A stretch of DNA of 64,000 bases from an uncultured Bdellovibrionales bacterium (GTDB lineage: Bacteria > Bdellovibrionota_C > UBA2361 > SZUA-149 > CAZDWZ01): NCBI GenBank assembly GCA_964405665.1, contig CAYOOT010000003.1:6060-70059 (forward strand), written 5' to 3'. A model generated the notes under the pieces. It was not told the origin of the DNA. It saw nothing but the letters and a program-made list of their open reading frames with translations, and made no database searches. Positions 29,997-40,247 of this stretch are shown here, piece by piece. A program made the position numbers and the translations under genes. Position 1 is the first letter of the stretch. Every line of letters begins with the position of its first letter.

Positions 29997-31673
29997 ATGA
30001 AAAAAACGTTAATAATAGGGCTCTTAGGCCTTATTTGCTTTGTTCCTAACTCTCAAGCTTTAACAGAAATATGCGGAAATGGGCTCGATGATGATGGCGA
30101 TGGAGTGTCTTTAGCCTGTCCAGAGCCGGATAAAGACAATGACGGATATCTTTCAACCAGCAATGCTGGAAATGACTGTGACGATAATAATTATATGATT
30201 TATCCCGGAGTTATTACTGCCTCCGGTTGTCCTTCCGGACAAACCAGAAAATGCCAATCCAATGGTAATTTCACAGCATGTTCGGCAACTACAGTTTGTG
30301 AAGCTTATCCTGGCTCTAATTGTAAATATATTGACTGTCAAGATGGCAACGATATTTCCGGAGATGGTAGTTATGCTCATCCCTGGAAATCATTTAAAAA
30401 GATAGGATATTATGAATCAGTTGGTTTAAAACCTGCCGGTTGGTATCAACTGCAAGCAGGAGATGCTGTTTATCTTAAAGGCCCAGGAACATGTTCTGAT
30501 TGGTACGATCCTGGTCCGACACTTCCTAATGCTATGTTGTTTATCACTGCTTCAGGAACATCAGACAAACCAATTCTAATTAAACGTTATCCCGGAAGCA
30601 CCTCGGTACTTGATCCACCTTTTACTTCTGCTTTACCGGGACATGTCATCCGAGCAGCAGGATCTAATTATTTAAAAGTTGAAGATTTAGAAATTACTGG
30701 TTCTTATGGTGCAGTGCTCTATTTTTCTGATGTTCATAATAATGAAATTTCAAGAGTAAAATGTCACGATACTCAAGGCACAACTTATGACAATATTGCC
30801 TGCCTCAATGCTTCAGCGGATTTAGTTGGAAATTATTTTCATCATAACGAGTTTTACAATGTCTACGATCCCGATCGTCCAGGAGAAGATAATGTCAGCA
30901 ATATGGTCCTCTTCGGTGGCCATGATAATCGGGTAGAATATAACAGGCTTTATTATACAAACAGTCCCGCCTATTCCGGGGTGATTAAAGGAAAATGCTT
31001 TAAATATAAACACCCAGGCGCTTCCGGTAATTTTGATTTCAAAGGAAATCAAATGTGGAATTGTTATAAAATGGGAGTGGAGAACTCAGCTTCAGGAATT
31101 AGAATGAACCATAACCTCTTGGTCAATCCAACAGATTATTCCGGAGCCGTAGGTTATTTCTGTGGTGATATCGGTGCAGGAATTTCTTATTGTAAAAATG
31201 GCGTGATTGAATACAATACAATTGTTAATTTCCGACCGATCTCTTTTCGGGAATCAGTCAATGCCGGACTGGGTTCCAATACAATTCGTTATAATGTAGC
31301 AGTGGATAATGCCAGTTCTTATAATTCTGAAAATGGATTTTATCGAGTGGAGCGTTACGGAAGTGATGCTAATTACTTAACATTTCTTAATGGACATTCC
31401 ATTGTTTCCAGTAATAATTGTTATTACAATGCAAACACGAGCTTAAAATTTGATTTTTTCGGGGATAACACTGCGCCTGCTGGCGGAATGTATTCTTTTA
31501 GTGAATGGCAAGGACTGGGGTTTGATAGCGGTTCACAAGTTGTAAATCCTAGCTTTAACCAATATTTTATGGCAACAGCTGGAGCCTGCACAAATTTTGG
31601 CTGGAAGACAGGAGCAACTGAAGTTATCAGTAGACCAAATGCTCCTACTGGTTTGCAAGCAACTGTCAATTAG
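29997..31673 (+). CDS. Secreted Cys/Asp-rich protein with a probable right-handed beta-helix (pectin-lyase-like) domain
   Basis: Signal peptide; EICGNGLDDDGDG and D.D.DG...DCDD...IYPG motifs; G.D...GS...PWKS, LQAGD.VYLKG, SGT...PI.I; Asn-rich repeats; C-terminal PNAPTGL. Confidence 0.7.
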   Translation: MKKTLIIGLLGLICFVPNSQALTEICGNGLDDDGDGVSLACPEPDKDNDGYLSTSNAGNDCDDNNYMIYPGVITASGCPSGQTRKCQSNGNFTACSATTVCEAYPGSNCKYIDCQDGNDISGDGSYAHPWKSFKKIGYYESVGLKPAGWYQLQAGDAVYLKGPGTCSDWYDPGPTLPNAMLFITASGTSDKPILIKRYPGSTSVLDPPFTSALPGHVIRAAGSNYLKVEDLEITGSYGAVLYFSDVHNNEISRVKCHDTQGTTYDNIACLNASADLVGNYFHHNEFYNVYDPDRPGEDNVSNMVLFGGHDNRVEYNRLYYTNSPAYSGVIKGKCFKYKHPGASGNFDFKGNQMWNCYKMGVENSASGIRMNHNLLVNPTDYSGAVGYFCGDIGAGISYCKNGVIEYNTIVNFRPISFRESVNAGLGSNTIRYNVAVDNASSYNSENGFYRVERYGSDANYLTFLNGHSIVSSNNCYYNANTSLKFDFFGDNTAPAGGMYSFSEWQGLGFDSGSQVVNPSFNQYFMATAGACTNFGWKTGATEVISRPNAPTGLQATVN

Positions 31674-31679
31674 AGTTTA

Positions 31680-32885
31680 GTGAGAAAAAAACTTCTTTGG
31701 GTTTCACATTTTCTACTTTTTCCCGAAACTGGCTTTGGTGCCTTGCAGCGCAGCCGTAACCTCCTAGTCGAAGTAGCCAAAGAGTTTGATGTTACTTTAA
31801 TCTGCCTAATTACTTCTCAAGAAACTAATAACTTTAATCCTGTGCTTATTCAGCAGGCTAAGAATGATTTACTAAAATTCTGCAATCAAGTTTTTTTAAT
31901 TAAGCGCCAGTCTCGACCTTCTGGTATGAAATTGCTTAAACTTTTTTTAAATCCTTTTATCCCATATTCCACTTTTATTTATTCGCTTCCGGATTTGAAA
32001 CTTAAAATCGAAGAGCTGCTCAAAGAAACTGACTTTAATTTGATTTTCAGTGACACTCTCGGACTGACAGAAAATACCTTAAAAAGTATTAATTGCCCAA
32101 CAATCCTCAACCATCACAATATTGAATCAGCAATGATGTTGCGGCGTGCCCAAAAAGAAAAAGGTTTTAGAAAAAGAATTATATTTTACAGCGAAGCACG
32201 AAGATTAAAAAGATATGAACGAAAATATTGTCCTCAATACACTCTTAATCTTGTGGTTTCAGAGCAAGACAAACAAATACTTTTAAAAAACGTAGGAACA
32301 ATCAAAACTGAAATTATTCCCAATCCGGTGGATACTTCATATTTTAATTTTCGAAAAAAAGCAGTTAATAGCAAAATAATTAGTTTTATTGGTGGACTCA
32401 CTTGGTATCCTAATTTATCAGCAATGAAATATTTTTTAGAAAAAATCTGGCCGGAGATTTTATTAAAACAGCCCGATACCATTTTTAAGATTGTTGGTAA
32501 ACATGAAGGCGAAATAGAGAATGACTATCAAAATGTTATTTTTTTAAATTTTGTAAAAGATATTAGAGAACTTCTGGCCAACACCAGAGTCTTTGTTTGT
32601 CCAATCACTGATGGGGGGGGAACAAGGCTAAAAATACTCGATGCTGTTGCTTCGGGAGTGCCAGTAGTAACCACTACTATCGGCGTGGAAGGCTTGGAGT
32701 TTGAACACGAAAAGCAACTTTTGATTGCCGATCAACCTAAAAAATTTGCATCCGAGGTTAAGCGTCTTCTGGAAGATGATAAGTTGTCTTTAGATCTTGC
32801 GGAGAATGCCAAAAAACTTCTTGATGAAAAATACTCCTTAAATGTTGTTGGAAAAAAGTTAAAGCAAACTTTAAATTCTTTATAA
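31680..32885 (+). CDS. Glycosyltransferase family 4
   Basis: HNIES, VVSE.D, IPNPVD, W.PN, GGGTRLKILDA...G.PVV.T..G.EGL. Confidence 0.92.
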   Translation: MRKKLLWVSHFLLFPETGFGALQRSRNLLVEVAKEFDVTLICLITSQETNNFNPVLIQQAKNDLLKFCNQVFLIKRQSRPSGMKLLKLFLNPFIPYSTFIYSLPDLKLKIEELLKETDFNLIFSDTLGLTENTLKSINCPTILNHHNIESAMMLRRAQKEKGFRKRIIFYSEARRLKRYERKYCPQYTLNLVVSEQDKQILLKNVGTIKTEIIPNPVDTSYFNFRKKAVNSKIISFIGGLTWYPNLSAMKYFLEKIWPEILLKQPDTIFKIVGKHEGEIENDYQNVIFLNFVKDIRELLANTRVFVCPITDGGGTRLKILDAVASGVPVVTTTIGVEGLEFEHEKQLLIADQPKKFASEVKRLLEDDKLSLDLAENAKKLLDEKYSLNVVGKKLKQTLNSL

Positions 32886-32933
32886 ATTATTCTAACAACT
32901 TGTCTTTACGAACGAAGCGAAAACAAAACTATC

Positions 32934-33059
32934 TGTCGTTGCGAGCGAAGCGAAGCAATCTCCATGTGTTTACCCCAATTATAATCAGAAGAAACTGGGT
33001 AATCACATGGAGATTGCCACAGTCGCCACGCGAAATACGCGTGGCCCATTCGCAAGACA
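32934..33059. repeat. Structured palindromic repeat (MITE/RPE-like), with a partial tandem copy of its left end at 32901-32921
   Basis: Ends TGTCGTTGCGA...TCGCAAGACA; inner stems GCAATCTCCATGTG/CACATGGAGATTGC and GCCACGCG/CGCGTGGC. Confidence 0.75.
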
Positions 33060-33063
33060 ATAT

Positions 33064-33399
33064 TTACTCTCTCTCATAGACTTCTGAAATCTTTGCCGCC
33101 AGAATAAAATCATTTTCACTCAAAGCATTAATCGCATGAGTCCAGATATCAATTTTTACTTTTCCATAACTGATAAAAATATCCGGATGATGATTTTCTT
33201 GTTCAGAAATTTCAGTAACTTTATTTAAAAACGCCATAGCAAGTTTAAAATTTTTAAATTTAAATTGACGATTTAAGTGTTGATCATTTGTTATTTGCCA
33301 AGCTGGAGTTTGCTCTAAAAGTTTCTTTACTTCTTCCTGACTTAATGGAGCAACTCCAGCTTCGCAGGGAACACATCTTTTCTCAGTTAAGCCACTCAT
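33064..33399 (-). CDS. phhB: Pterin-4-alpha-carbinolamine dehydratase
   Basis: C.PC, F.FKNF, E..NHHPDI, WTH.I..LSENDFILAAKI. Confidence 0.93.
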   Translation of the reverse strand: MSGLTEKRCVPCEAGVAPLSQEEVKKLLEQTPAWQITNDQHLNRQFKFKNFKLAMAFLNKVTEISEQENHHPDIFISYGKVKIDIWTHAINALSENDFILAAKISEVYERE

Positions 33400-33476
33400 T
33401 AGCTTTTTTCCTTTAAAAATTATATTATAGTTTCAAGATAAAAACACAAAATTAATTGTAAAACAATAAAATAAAA

Positions 33477-36182
33477 ATGGAACCACTTTATTTAGTCGAT
33501 GGATCAGGCTACATTTTTCGGGCATTTTATGCAGTTGCACCTTTATCTAATTCTCAAGGTCTTCCTACGAATGCTTTAGTCGGATTTTCTCGGATGCTTG
33601 CCAAGTTAATCAAAGATTTTAAAGCAAAATATATTGCAGTTACTTTTGATACCAAAGAGCCGACTTTTAGGCATTTAATGTATCCGCAATATAAAGCAAA
33701 TCGTGTGGAATGCCCTCATGATTTAATTCCTCAACTTCCTTATTTCAGAAAAATTGTGCAAGCTTTTGGAATATTGTCATTGGAAAAAGCTGGCGTTGAG
33801 GCAGATGATATTATTGCCACCATTGCCAGAAATTTTTCCAAGCAAGGTCAAGAAGTTATTGTTGTTAGCGGAGATAAGGATTTATTGCAATTGGTTGATA
33901 CCAATATAAAAGTATTTGATGCCATGCGCGATCGAACATTTTCTGAGGCGGATGTTAAAGAAAAAATGGGGGTCTGGCCCAAACAAGTGCGGGACTATTT
34001 AGCTTTAATTGGCGATAGCTCTGATAATGTTCCGGGGATTAAAGGTTTAGGGCCAAAGACCGCTGAGATTTTATTTGATAAGTTTGAAACTTTGGAAAAT
34101 CTTCTGGCTAATATTGATACTCTGGAATCAATCCCAGGTATTCGCGGCGCTAAATCAATCAAGGAAAAACTTTTAAATAGCCAGGATATTTTAAAAATTA
34201 GTCTTGATTTAGTCAGTCTTAAGGAAGATGTAGATCCTTTTTATTTATTTAGCGACATTGAAGAACTAAAATCCAAAGATATTCAGCAAGACTTGATTCA
34301 ACCTCTATTTGAGGAACTGGAATTTACCAGATTTCTATCAACACTATCTTTAGCTCCCGGCGCACCCAAGGGTGAGAACGTTATAAAAAAGAAATATCAA
34401 CTAATCACCAAAGAGACTTTAAATGATTTTGTAAAAACTTTATCTTCACAAAAAGAATTTGCCTTTGATACGGAAACCATTTCCTTAGATGTCATGGCAA
34501 CCAAACTTTATGGTATTTCCTTTTCCTGGTCTGCGCTGGAAGCATATTTTCTTCCTTTAATGGGAGAAGGAGCTTTAGATGAAAAAACTGTTTTTGAATT
34601 ATTAAATCCTATTTTTTCCAACTCAGAAATCAAAAAAATCGGCCAAAATCTTAAATTTGATATGGGGGTTTTAAGCACTCAAGGATACACAGTCAAAGGA
34701 ATACATTTTGATACAATGCTTGCCGGCCATTTGCTGCATCCGGACAAAAGACAAAACGGACTAAAGCAGCTCTCCAAAATTTATCTCAATGAAGAAATGA
34801 CCACCTATGAACAAATGATGGGAGAAAATGAGGATATAGCCAGCGTTCCTCAAGAACAAGTTTGCAATTATGCTTGCCATGATGCCGAAGTAACCTGGAA
34901 ACTCTACAAAACTTTGGATCCACTTTTAGGAGACAAACCTGCAACAAGACCCAGCCTGCGTTTTGCTTATGAAAATACAGAAGTCCCGTTAGTTCCCGTA
35001 TTGGAAAAAATGCAAAGAAATGGCATCAAACTGGATTTACCTTTTTTAGATTCTTTATCTGAAGAATTTTCCAAAGAAATTGCCGAATTGGAACTACAAA
35101 TTTATAAACTTGCAGATTCAGAATTTAATATTAATTCTCCAAAGCAGTTAAGTGTAATTCTTTTTGAAAAACTGGGGCTTCCCACAAAAGGAGTAAAGAA
35201 AAATCAAACTGCTTATTCAACTGATGCCGGGGTACTTCAGGATTTGGCTAAAGAACACGAAATAGCCAGAAATTTATTGGAATATCGGGAGTTACATAAA
35301 CTTAATTCAACTTATGTAGAGTCTTTAAAGAAATTAGTAAGGCCAGAAACATCAAGAGTGCACACCTCTTATAACCAAGCTATTGCCGCCACAGGCCGAT
35401 TAAGCTCGACCGAACCGAATTTACAAAATATCCCCATAAAAAATGCCAGAGGAAGAAAGATCAGAAGGGCATTTGTCGCCGAAGATGGTTATTTACTTCT
35501 TTCCGCCGATTATTCTCAAATTGAATTAAGGATCTTGGCTCATTTATCAGGAGACAAAAATCTACAACTTGCTTTTATTAATAATGAAGACATTCATCAA
35601 AAAACGGCTGATGAACTTTTTGGAGCACAAATCGCCAGTGCTCAAGAAAAGAAAGAACTGCGAAGAGTTGCCAAAACCATTAACTTCGGAGTGATTTATG
35701 GAATTAGCGCTTTTCGCCTATCTAACGAACTTGGAGTTTCTAGAAGACAAGCACAGGATTATATCGATCAGTATTTTAATCGTTACCCCAGCGTTAAAGA
35801 ATATTTTGAAACCATAAAAACAGAAATTAAAAGCCTTGGTTATGTACAGACTTATTTTGGCAGAAGAAGGTTCCTGTCAGAAATTGAGACCATGGGCAGG
35901 GATGCCGGTTATGCCGAAAGGTCATTAATCAATGCTCCTCTTCAAGGAACCGCCGCTGAAATTATCAAATTGGCAATGATTCGTTTAGATGGCTACCTTC
36001 AAACCTTGAAAGAGGACCAAGCCAGAATGCTCTTACAAGTTCATGATGAATTAATTTTTGAAGTAAAAGAAGATTTTATTGAACAATTTAAGACTACTGT
36101 TACGTCCATAATGGAAAATTCCATAAGTTTGTCTATTCCTCTAAAAGTCGACTTAACTTGTGGTAAATACTGGGAAAAGTAA
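33477..36182 (+). CDS. polA: DNA polymerase I
   Basis: 5'-3' exo (DGS...RAFYA, EADD, GDKD, GDSSDN.PG), 3'-5' exo (DTET, NLKFD, YA..D), polymerase (ADYSQIELR, K.INFG..YG, QVHDEL). Confidence 0.98.
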   Translation: MEPLYLVDGSGYIFRAFYAVAPLSNSQGLPTNALVGFSRMLAKLIKDFKAKYIAVTFDTKEPTFRHLMYPQYKANRVECPHDLIPQLPYFRKIVQAFGILSLEKAGVEADDIIATIARNFSKQGQEVIVVSGDKDLLQLVDTNIKVFDAMRDRTFSEADVKEKMGVWPKQVRDYLALIGDSSDNVPGIKGLGPKTAEILFDKFETLENLLANIDTLESIPGIRGAKSIKEKLLNSQDILKISLDLVSLKEDVDPFYLFSDIEELKSKDIQQDLIQPLFEELEFTRFLSTLSLAPGAPKGENVIKKKYQLITKETLNDFVKTLSSQKEFAFDTETISLDVMATKLYGISFSWSALEAYFLPLMGEGALDEKTVFELLNPIFSNSEIKKIGQNLKFDMGVLSTQGYTVKGIHFDTMLAGHLLHPDKRQNGLKQLSKIYLNEEMTTYEQMMGENEDIASVPQEQVCNYACHDAEVTWKLYKTLDPLLGDKPATRPSLRFAYENTEVPLVPVLEKMQRNGIKLDLPFLDSLSEEFSKEIAELELQIYKLADSEFNINSPKQLSVILFEKLGLPTKGVKKNQTAYSTDAGVLQDLAKEHEIARNLLEYRELHKLNSTYVESLKKLVRPETSRVHTSYNQAIAATGRLSSTEPNLQNIPIKNARGRKIRRAFVAEDGYLLLSADYSQIELRILAHLSGDKNLQLAFINNEDIHQKTADELFGAQIASAQEKKELRRVAKTINFGVIYGISAFRLSNELGVSRRQAQDYIDQYFNRYPSVKEYFETIKTEIKSLGYVQTYFGRRRFLSEIETMGRDAGYAERSLINAPLQGTAAEIIKLAMIRLDGYLQTLKEDQARMLLQVHDELIFEVKEDFIEQFKTTVTSIMENSISLSIPLKVDLTCGKYWEK

Positions 36183-36222
36183 TTTCCAGATTAATTTCAT
36201 ATATATTTGAGAGTTTTGTATT

Positions 36223-36930
36223 ATGGACGCAGTAAGCGTGGTAAAATACGATAAAGTTAAAAACAACAAAAAGGTTTTTGTGAATTTAGAAACTAATAAT
36301 CAAATTGAAATTAACCAAGAGAGTGATCTCAGCTTAATAGAAAAAGCTAAGCATGGAGACGTAGAAGCCTACAAAACAATTGTCCTTCGTTATCAATCAA
36401 AAGCTTACTCGATAGCAAAAAACGTTATTAAAAATCCCAGCGATGCAGAAGATATAGTTCAAGAAGCTTTTATTAAAGCTTATCGCAACTTGGCGGGTTT
36501 TAGAGGAGATTCTTCTTTTTATACTTGGTTTTATAGAATAATTTTTAATTTGGCTATTGATCTAAGCCGTAAAAAATACCGTCATGTGGAAACAGGAGTA
36601 GGGGATAGCTTTGAATTATCCAAATTAAAAAACAACTCCACTTTAAATGACAATTTTCAATCAAAAATGGAAGGGCCAGAGGAAATTGTTTATCGTTCTG
36701 AACTGCAAGAACAGATCAATAAAGCCCTAAATGAACTTAGTGCTGAACATCGAACAATGATTGTCTTAAGAGAAGTTGACGGTTTCTCTTATAATGAAAT
36801 TTCAGAAATAGCAGGTTGTTCACTAGGAACTGTGATGAGTAGATTGCATCATGCCAGAAAAAAATTGCAACAAGCTTTATTGAAAAGAGATGTTTATCAA
36901 AAAACAAATTTGGTCAACCTAAAAAGGTAA
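36223..36930 (+). CDS. ECF RNA polymerase sigma factor (RpoE-like)
   Basis: DAEDIVQEAFIKAY..L..FRG.SSFYTW.YRI, and LRE.DG.SY.EI.....GTVMSRLHHAR. Confidence 0.93.
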   Translation: MDAVSVVKYDKVKNNKKVFVNLETNNQIEINQESDLSLIEKAKHGDVEAYKTIVLRYQSKAYSIAKNVIKNPSDAEDIVQEAFIKAYRNLAGFRGDSSFYTWFYRIIFNLAIDLSRKKYRHVETGVGDSFELSKLKNNSTLNDNFQSKMEGPEEIVYRSELQEQINKALNELSAEHRTMIVLREVDGFSYNEISEIAGCSLGTVMSRLHHARKKLQQALLKRDVYQKTNLVNLKR

Positions 36931-36935
36931 ATTTT

Positions 36936-37718
36936 ATGAAAGAGAAAGAAAGAGTGCTGGAATTACTTGATGCCTATTTCGATTCCGAGCTTGATTTCAA
37001 AGAACAATCCTTAGTTACCAGGAAAATAATTGAAGGCGATCCGGATGTAATTCAAAAAATAGAAGCTTTGCGTTTAATTAAAAGTGAATTGAATATTTGG
37101 TGTCAGCAAAATAATTCTACCAAAACAAATTTTTGGGAAAAAATTGAAAGAGATATCTGCAAAATTGCAGCCCAACAAAATAAACGAAACTCAATTGAAA
37201 AATTTATTGAAAATTTCATTGAAGAAATAAAATACGTTATTTTCAAGCCAATTCCTTTGGGATTTGCTGCAACTGCCGCCCTTTTTGTTTTTGCTTTAAC
37301 ACATAGTTTCCATAGCTATTATTATGCCCAAAATACTCCTCAACTGGCTCTGGAATCCAATTTAAAAAAACCCGTAGAAAATATTATGTTGGTTTCAGGA
37401 TCAGAGCCATATGCAGAAAATAATTCTTTTAATGATCAATTGATTTTTAAAGAAACTTCTGAAGAGAAAAAAGCAGACGATGATTTAAACGCTGAAAACT
37501 TGTTTAAAAGGCCAGAATTAAAACCACTTTCAATTAAACTATTATCTGCTGCAGATGCTTTTAATAACAAACCTATTATTAATGATTTTATTGCTGATAG
37601 TAATCGTAATCCTACTAGATTTGCCCTGATTGATAATCAAAGACCGCTTCATCTTAATTTGGGTAATGAAAATCATAATCAGTTGCAAACTCAATACAAG
37701 CTTGTTAATTTCAAGTAA
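36936..37718 (+). CDS. Putative anti-sigma factor
   Basis: Directly after the ECF sigma; N-terminal ELLDAYFDSEL (RseA_N-like L.AY.D.EL) and a single TM helix. Confidence 0.7.
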   Translation: MKEKERVLELLDAYFDSELDFKEQSLVTRKIIEGDPDVIQKIEALRLIKSELNIWCQQNNSTKTNFWEKIERDICKIAAQQNKRNSIEKFIENFIEEIKYVIFKPIPLGFAATAALFVFALTHSFHSYYYAQNTPQLALESNLKKPVENIMLVSGSEPYAENNSFNDQLIFKETSEEKKADDDLNAENLFKRPELKPLSIKLLSAADAFNNKPIINDFIADSNRNPTRFALIDNQRPLHLNLGNENHNQLQTQYKLVNFK

Positions 37719-37748
37719 AATGATCTGCTGTTACGTTGGTATAAATCA

Positions 37749-37826
37749 TGTAGGGGTAGCCTTTATGGCTGCCCGTAATTCCAAATATATTTTGTAAAAC
37801 GGGCAGGTATAAAACCTGTCCCTACA
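37749..37826. repeat. GTAG-family REP doublet
   Basis: TGTAGGGGTAGCCTTTATGGCTGCCC-spacer-GGGCAGGTATAAAACCTGTCCCTACA. Confidence 0.85.
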
Positions 37827-37858
37827 AGCAAAATTATTAAAAAAGAAGGTATAATCTT

Positions 37859-38473
37859 GTGAAAAAATTATCAGTTTTCTTTGAAGATCTAAAAAAAATA
37901 GATTTATTACCAGAAGCAGAGCAAGTCTTATTTAAATATTTTCAGCCTTTTTGTTATAAGCAGAAAAACAATAGTCCTTCTAATGAACAATTAAAGAAAA
38001 ACTTTGATCAGTATTTGGAAGATGTCAGTTTTATTTTGGCTAATAATAACTTAGCGGATAAAATTTTATCTTCTGCAATAATACTAAGCTATGTTGGAAC
38101 TGCCCTAATTGAAATTAATAAAATATTTTTAAAAACAGGATTAAGACAATCTGTAGAATTTCGTTATGTGCAAACAGTAGCTGAATATGAAAGTGCTCTA
38201 TCTCTCAGTTTTGATCTTTTAAAAAATATTCCCGATTTAAAAAGAATTGGCGTAATGCCTGCAGTTGCCTATAAAGCTAATTTAATTTTATCCAGAAGTA
38301 TGCTGGAAATGCTCTCTTTTATAAATGAAAATCAGGCGTTAGAAGCAAAGGAAATATTAATTTTAGATAAAATTATTCGAGAGCTTAATAAATTAAGGAC
38401 TGTACTTTTAGAATACCAGCAAGATAAGTATTCAGATACTCAAGAGATAGTTAGAAGCTTAGAGATTTCCTAG
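37859..38473 (+). CDS. Hypothetical protein (204 aa, helical)
   Basis: Intact ORF with an AAGG-type RBS; no recognised family. Confidence 0.6.
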   Translation: MKKLSVFFEDLKKIDLLPEAEQVLFKYFQPFCYKQKNNSPSNEQLKKNFDQYLEDVSFILANNNLADKILSSAIILSYVGTALIEINKIFLKTGLRQSVEFRYVQTVAEYESALSLSFDLLKNIPDLKRIGVMPAVAYKANLILSRSMLEMLSFINENQALEAKEILILDKIIRELNKLRTVLLEYQQDKYSDTQEIVRSLEIS

Positions 38474-38508
38474 TTAACTACTGCGTTAACCTTCATCAAG
38501 AATATAGG

Positions 38509-38536
38509 TTGACGCAATAAACAACTGTGATATCTT
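38509..38536 (+). promoter_or_regulatory. Putative sigma70 promoter of rplM-rpsI
   Basis: TTGACG-N16-TATCTT with an extended -10 TG. Confidence 0.55.
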
Positions 38537-38614
38537 CCTGCGCCTGCTTATTTGCAGTTTGTGGCTTAAAATAATTAGCCTAAATATTTATAATTAAACG
38601 CTTATATTATTAAA

Positions 38615-39049
38615 ATGAAAACCTTTACCGAAACAAAAAAAGACGCTGACAAAAATCGTAAGTGGCACGTTGTTGATGCCTCCGGAAAATCTATTGGTAG
38701 ACTTTGCTCAAAAGTTGCTTCAATTCTTCGAGGAAAAGAAAATCCTAGATATACAACAAACATTGATACTGGAGATTTTGTTATTGTGCTTAATGCCGAA
38801 AAAGTAAAATTTACAGGCAATAAATTAGAAGAAAAAAAATACTACAGACACACAGGTTTCATTGGCGGAGTTAAAATTGCTACAGCTTTAGAATTGATGA
38901 CTAAAAGTCCTGAAAAGCTAATTCAACAAACAATTCAAGGAATGCTTCCCAAAACTGCTTTGGGACGTCAACAAATTACAAAACTAAAGGTCTATACAGG
39001 CTCAGTTCATCCTCATCAATCGCAAGAACCAAAAGAATTAACCGTATAA
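38615..39049 (+). CDS. rplM: 50S ribosomal protein L13
   Basis: WHVVDA, GRL, LRGK, DTGDFVIV.NA, YYRHTG, GMLPK, KLKVY.G..HPH. Confidence 0.98.
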   Translation: MKTFTETKKDADKNRKWHVVDASGKSIGRLCSKVASILRGKENPRYTTNIDTGDFVIVLNAEKVKFTGNKLEEKKYYRHTGFIGGVKIATALELMTKSPEKLIQQTIQGMLPKTALGRQQITKLKVYTGSVHPHQSQEPKELTV

Positions 39050-39068
39050 TTATTAGGACAAATTAAAA

Positions 39069-39482
39069 ATGGCTATAAAAAAGATTTACGCAACTGGAAG
39101 AAGAAAACAATCTAGCGCAAGAGTATTTCTTTTGCCGACTCAGGCAGAAAACGAAGAAGATAAAGGTAAAATTACTATTAACGGAAAAGCCTTAAAAGAT
39201 TATTTCCCAGGAGAGATTAATCAAAAAGTTCTTAATCAGCCTTTGGAAATCACTGGAACACAAAAAAAATACGATATTAGTATAACAGTAAGTGGTGGTG
39301 GAAAATCCGGCCAAGCTGGAGCAGTGCTTCATGGATTGGCTAGAGCCTTACAAAGTGCTGAACCGGAATTGCATAGCACACTTAAAAAAGCAGGTTTCTT
39401 AACTAGAGATCCTCGTGCTGTTGAACGTAAAAAACCAGGCCGTCATAAAGCAAGAAAGAGCACACAGTTTTCTAAGAGATAA
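39069..39482 (+). CDS. rpsI: 30S ribosomal protein S9
   Basis: TGRRK, GGG.SGQAGA, LTRDPR.VERKK, C-terminal QFSKR. Confidence 0.98.
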   Translation: MAIKKIYATGRRKQSSARVFLLPTQAENEEDKGKITINGKALKDYFPGEINQKVLNQPLEITGTQKKYDISITVSGGGKSGQAGAVLHGLARALQSAEPELHSTLKKAGFLTRDPRAVERKKPGRHKARKSTQFSKR

Positions 39483-39486
39483 TTCT

Positions 39487-39541
39487 GGAGCGCGGACTTT
39501 AGTCCGCATCTTGGTAATAAGCGGACTAAAGTCCGCGCTCC
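39487..39541. repeat. GGAG-family REP doublet
   Basis: GGAGCGCGGACTTTAGTCCGC-N13-GCGGACTAAAGTCCGCGCTCC, perfect inverted arms. Confidence 0.88.
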
Positions 39542-39555
39542 TAAAAATAATTTAA

Positions 39556-40200
39556 ATGGAACTCTTAAAAAAATTCATTGATCTCTTTCTTCATCTCGAT
39601 AAACATTTAAATGAAATTATATCCACCTACGGTACCGGCACTTATATAATCCTTTTTATAATTTTATTCTGTGAAACTGGATTAGTAATCACTCCTTTTC
39701 TTCCTGGCGACTCTTTACTTTTTGCCGCAGGGGCTTTCTCTGCCTTAGGTTCACTGGATGTGGTTACACTGCTTGTTCTTTTAATTATTGCCGCAATTGT
39801 GGGTGATGCCATTAATTATAAAATTGGAAAAACACTCGGTCCCAAAGTTTTATCCGGCAACTATCGTTTCCTTAAAAAAGAATATCTCGATCGCACTCAA
39901 AAATTTTATGAAAAATACGGTGGAAAAACAATAATCTTTGCCCGCTTTGTGCCGATTGTCAGAACTTTTGCTCCTTTTCTCGCCGGAGTAGGAAAGATGA
40001 GCTATGCCCGTTTTGCTTCATTTAATATCATTGGTGGTATTCTTTGGGTTTGCTGTTTTGTTTTAGCGGGATATTTTTTCGGAAATATGGAAATAGTAAA
40101 GAAGAATTTTACTTTGGTAATTATGGCAATAATTGTGATTTCGGTAATGCCTGCTGTGTTTGAAGCTTATCGGGCGAAGAAGGAAAATAAAAGAAATTAA
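39556..40200 (+). CDS. dedA: DedA family membrane protein
   Basis: ETGL...[34 protein letters not shown]. Confidence 0.95.
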   Translation: MELLKKFIDLFLHLDKHLNEIISTYGTGTYIILFIILFCETGLVITPFLPGDSLLFAAGAFSALGSLDVVTLLVLLIIAAIVGDAINYKIGKTLGPKVLSGNYRFLKKEYLDRTQKFYEKYGGKTIIFARFVPIVRTFAPFLAGVGKMSYARFASFNIIGGILWVCCFVLAGYFFGNMEIVKKNFTLVIMAIIVISVMPAVFEAYRAKKENKRN

Positions 40201-40201
40201 A

Positions 40202-40234
40202 CTGTAGGGGCACCATTTATGGGTGCCCCTACAG
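40202..40234. repeat. Collapsed GTAG-family REP hairpin
   Basis: CTGTAGGGGCACC-ATTTATG-GGTGCCCCTACAG between convergent genes. Confidence 0.82.
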
Positions 40235-40247
40235 AACAACATTTCGT

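Noticed and set aside
38540-38614. Structured ribosomal-protein leader upstream of rplM
   Set aside because: Only short weak stems are visible, which is not enough without a covariance model.
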